In this document: positions 61,231 to 64,000 of the stretch, one piece after another | How positions within the stretch are numbered: position 1 is the first letter of the stretch | How the letters are laid out: each line of letters opens with the position of its first letter | DNA from: Macrostomum lignano | Lineage: Eukaryota | NCBI GenBank assembly: GCA_002269645.1 | Contig: NIVC01001603.1 | Span: 132,528-196,527, forward strand | Reading direction: 5' to 3' | DNA: 64,000 nucleotides | Translations under genes and position numbers: made by a program | Notes under the pieces: generated by a model | The model's input: the letters and a program-made list of their open reading frames with translations, nothing else | What the model was told of the DNA's origin: nothing | The model's database searches: none

Positions 61231-64000
61231 TGTTGTTCCCTTGCTCCCCATTAATATTTTATTACCTTTGCGACTTACTGTGTATATTCTTGTTAACCTG
61301 TGCTTGTGTTGTGAGCCAGCCACAACACAAGTCGTGCTGGTTTCTACGATATCCCACTATGAAAAATCCATGGAACTAGCTCTTGTTGAGGCATCAAACT
61401 AGCTATCGAGACTTTATTTTTAAGCCTCGTATTCTAATTCTATGCTAGATTTCCAGGAATTCGAGGCTGGTTCGAGAATAGTTTGCGAAAACGCTACCCT
61501 AGAACACCTGGTGTTTCCGTGTCCTTAATATGGCTTGTGTAAAATCCGAGACCTCTCTGTCTCCTTTCTTTATTGCATTTCCTAAGGGAAGCTAACAAAG
61601 GGGAATCACAGTCACTGAACAAAGTAAGCACTAAGGGTTGCGTAAATACTCGTATGAATTGCGTTTTAGACCGCTTTATTAATCAAGCCATATTGTTATG
61701 AACCCCTTTTCGCGATCGATTCTTCAACTATATAGTTGAGATTATTCTCACTGCTCCCAAAAAATTACTAAGCTAAGGCCCCAAAGCCTTCAAATTTGTG
61801 CAGACCTTGTGCAGTATGTTTACATCCGAATGCTAAATATTCAAATGAGTGCGTTACTAAGTGTCAAGCTAAATATTACTTTAGAGTTAATCTTCAAGTT
61901 CAATGCTTGGCAGGCTTGTCATTTGAGTATTCGAATTCTCAGTAAAGAGTATTGCAGCTTTTATCTAAAGGCAAATTTCTCAATGACTCGTAAACTTGTG
62001 CACCCAGGTCAAGTAATTTTCCAAGAAATGCCTTTTCTATTCATCCTGTGTGAGCATTTTTGTAAGAATTAGCTGGTAAAATAAACTGAGTCTTGCTTTC
62101 AATTCCTTGCAATCAATATACATGTACCTATATTTGAAAATGAGGAACCTAATACTTGTGTTGCTTTATTATTGTCAGATTATAGTTTTTAGTATATACA
62201 TGTTAGGACATAGATAACTTTAATGGAGACTCAGATATGAGATTCTAACCGATTATTAGAGCGTGCCAGTCGGTGTCACCCACAAAAAGAATGTCTCTAT
62301 CTCAATCAGCTTTCGACTTCGAGATTTTTGAAGGGCGCTTATGCTTTCGCAGTTTTTGTACAGATGTTAAGAAACGGCGAATGCAACTGCTTGTTATTCT
62401 GAGTCTGTTTGAAATATCTGATACCATTTATTTTTCGTAACTTGTGATACGGTATACATGTATATAATTAAGCCAATATATACCAAAGCTCTATACGAAA
62501 GAACAAAGCAAACCAAACAAAGATTTCCTAGCTCTGCTTCTCCCCTTTCCCCTTAAGAGTGGTGTGCCACGATTTGCATGGATTTGGCCTTAAAAAATCG
62601 GGATACCGAACCGAAGCAACTGAAGCAGAAATTCGTTTCTGCGTTGTGCCTCTAACGGGCGACAGTGATTAGATTCAAACGGATTTGTTATTAGCTCGAC
62701 TCGTATATAGCTAAAGTTTATGTCAAGATTTCTAGATTGTATATTGGTATTAATTGAAACGTATATCGTTTCCACAGCTGTTTTGGAATCATCAATCAGC
62801 TGCTTTGATTTCTCGACTCCGCCCCGAATGCATTTGCCGAAAAAACTACTAGCTTATGCGACTGTGAACTGGCATCATCGATACACAAAGAGACTGAAAC
62901 CTCGAGAACGCTAGCTATAAGTCCGTTTTTTGTTCTGCCTTGCTTTCTTGGTTCTGCTTTGTTGAAGGCCTTCCTAATGTATCAAAACCAAGATTTATAT
63001 CTGTTTAGCTGCATAGCTAACAAAAATCGTGGAAACCCATTCTATTCATGGTCTGAGAACCCTGATCATGCATGGACGACTATATATAAGCACCCGGACA
63101 GGAAACGGAAAATACATTATTTTTTTGTACAACATGGGCAAAGTTCCTTTCTGAGGAAGAGAGGAGTGGGGCCCTTCTCCGCAACACTCTTTCCCTCACG
63201 GCATCCCAAACAAGCAAACGCGTACATATCGCGTTCCAGCCTGAAGCCAAAGTGAGCAAGTGCATGAAAAGACAGTGACACAGACTGTGGGGTTGTACAT
63301 TGACAAGTGGTTTGAATAAGGATAACTGTTGCCTTTTCTCCTCGATTGCACTATAATTTAGTGACTCTAAAACGTTATTTATCTGCATTTTTTCACCAAC
63401 TGTTTGCTGATTATTTTAAATTGCCAATCCTGCATAAATAAACAGTGCCGAATTCTGAAATAGTAGTTATTGGCATTGGCATGTCATCAATAAATGAGAT
63501 TCTGTCTTGCGCTCAAAACTTATTTTCCATGATTGATTCTTTTGGTGGCTGAGGAACGGACTGGCTGGGGGAAGAAAGAATGCCCTCATCTTGTACAGGG
63601 CAATTTCGCTTTCAGTCCAGTAGAATCTAGGAGTCCATGGATCGTGCCTGGATCAAACAAAGAGGCTGGAAAAAAAACTTTTTTCTTATCGGGGAGTATC
63701 GGACGAGACAGTAGAACCTGGTGGCGTGGCAAAAAAGATGTCGGAAGGAGAAGCTCGAGAGGCTAATAAATTAGATTTTTGCTTCTAAATGGAAGAAGCA
63801 AAAGAGATAAAGGGTTCCGAATGCCGTGGGTATCCTCATGCCCATTTCCAAACATATACAATATAGACAGGTAAAGTGAAGTAAAAAAGCCTCTAGGACC
63901 ATAAAAATGGTTTATCTCACCGCTCGATCGATACAGAGCGGGTCTCTTTCTTGGACAGAGCATTGTCCAACAGATACGGCTCTGTTGGACCAATGCTATA

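Noticed and set aside
61800-64000. Short ORFs and a possible minus-strand exon at the window end (SIGPTEPYLLDNALSKKETRSVSIER|gtgaga)
   Set aside because: No recognisable homology and no consistent exon chain within the window; needs the adjacent sequence.

Overview
Eukaryotic (invertebrate animal) genomic DNA. The compact GT-AG exons, the minisatellite-filled introns and AG acceptors just upstream of start codons resemble a free-living flatworm such as Macrostomum; this is inference, not verified. Four spliced host genes were reconstructed by hand, each with a frame-consistent exon chain. On + are synaptojanin (9 exons, 6052-17620), Porcupine (8 exons, 20558-26102, with a 5-bp frameshifting duplication) and CDC50/TMEM30 (3 exons, 32636-35899). 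On - is a divergent Cys-loop/nicotinic receptor subunit (8 exons, 53764-41624) whose exon 2 is tandemly duplicated. Mobile DNA: an apparently intact EnSpm/CACTA-type transposase paired head-to-head with a 5-exon DUF4806/BEN-like gene, five copies of a tRNA-headed CORE-SINE, a Merlin/IS1595-like relic, an internally deleted Tc1-like element, a hAT-type MITE with an 8-bp TSD, a foldback element and a LINE RT relic. Almost every long intron carries its own private minisatellite, and most long ORFs in the track are artefacts of these arrays. Best leads: a localised CpG+CpA C-to-T hypermutated domain (about 1.1-5.9 kb), a receptor with a remodelled ligand-binding aromatic box, and the two-gene EnSpm element with an (AEAKAA)n helical spacer. 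All alignments were done by eye from memory of family motifs; no searches were run, and repeat boundaries are approximate.
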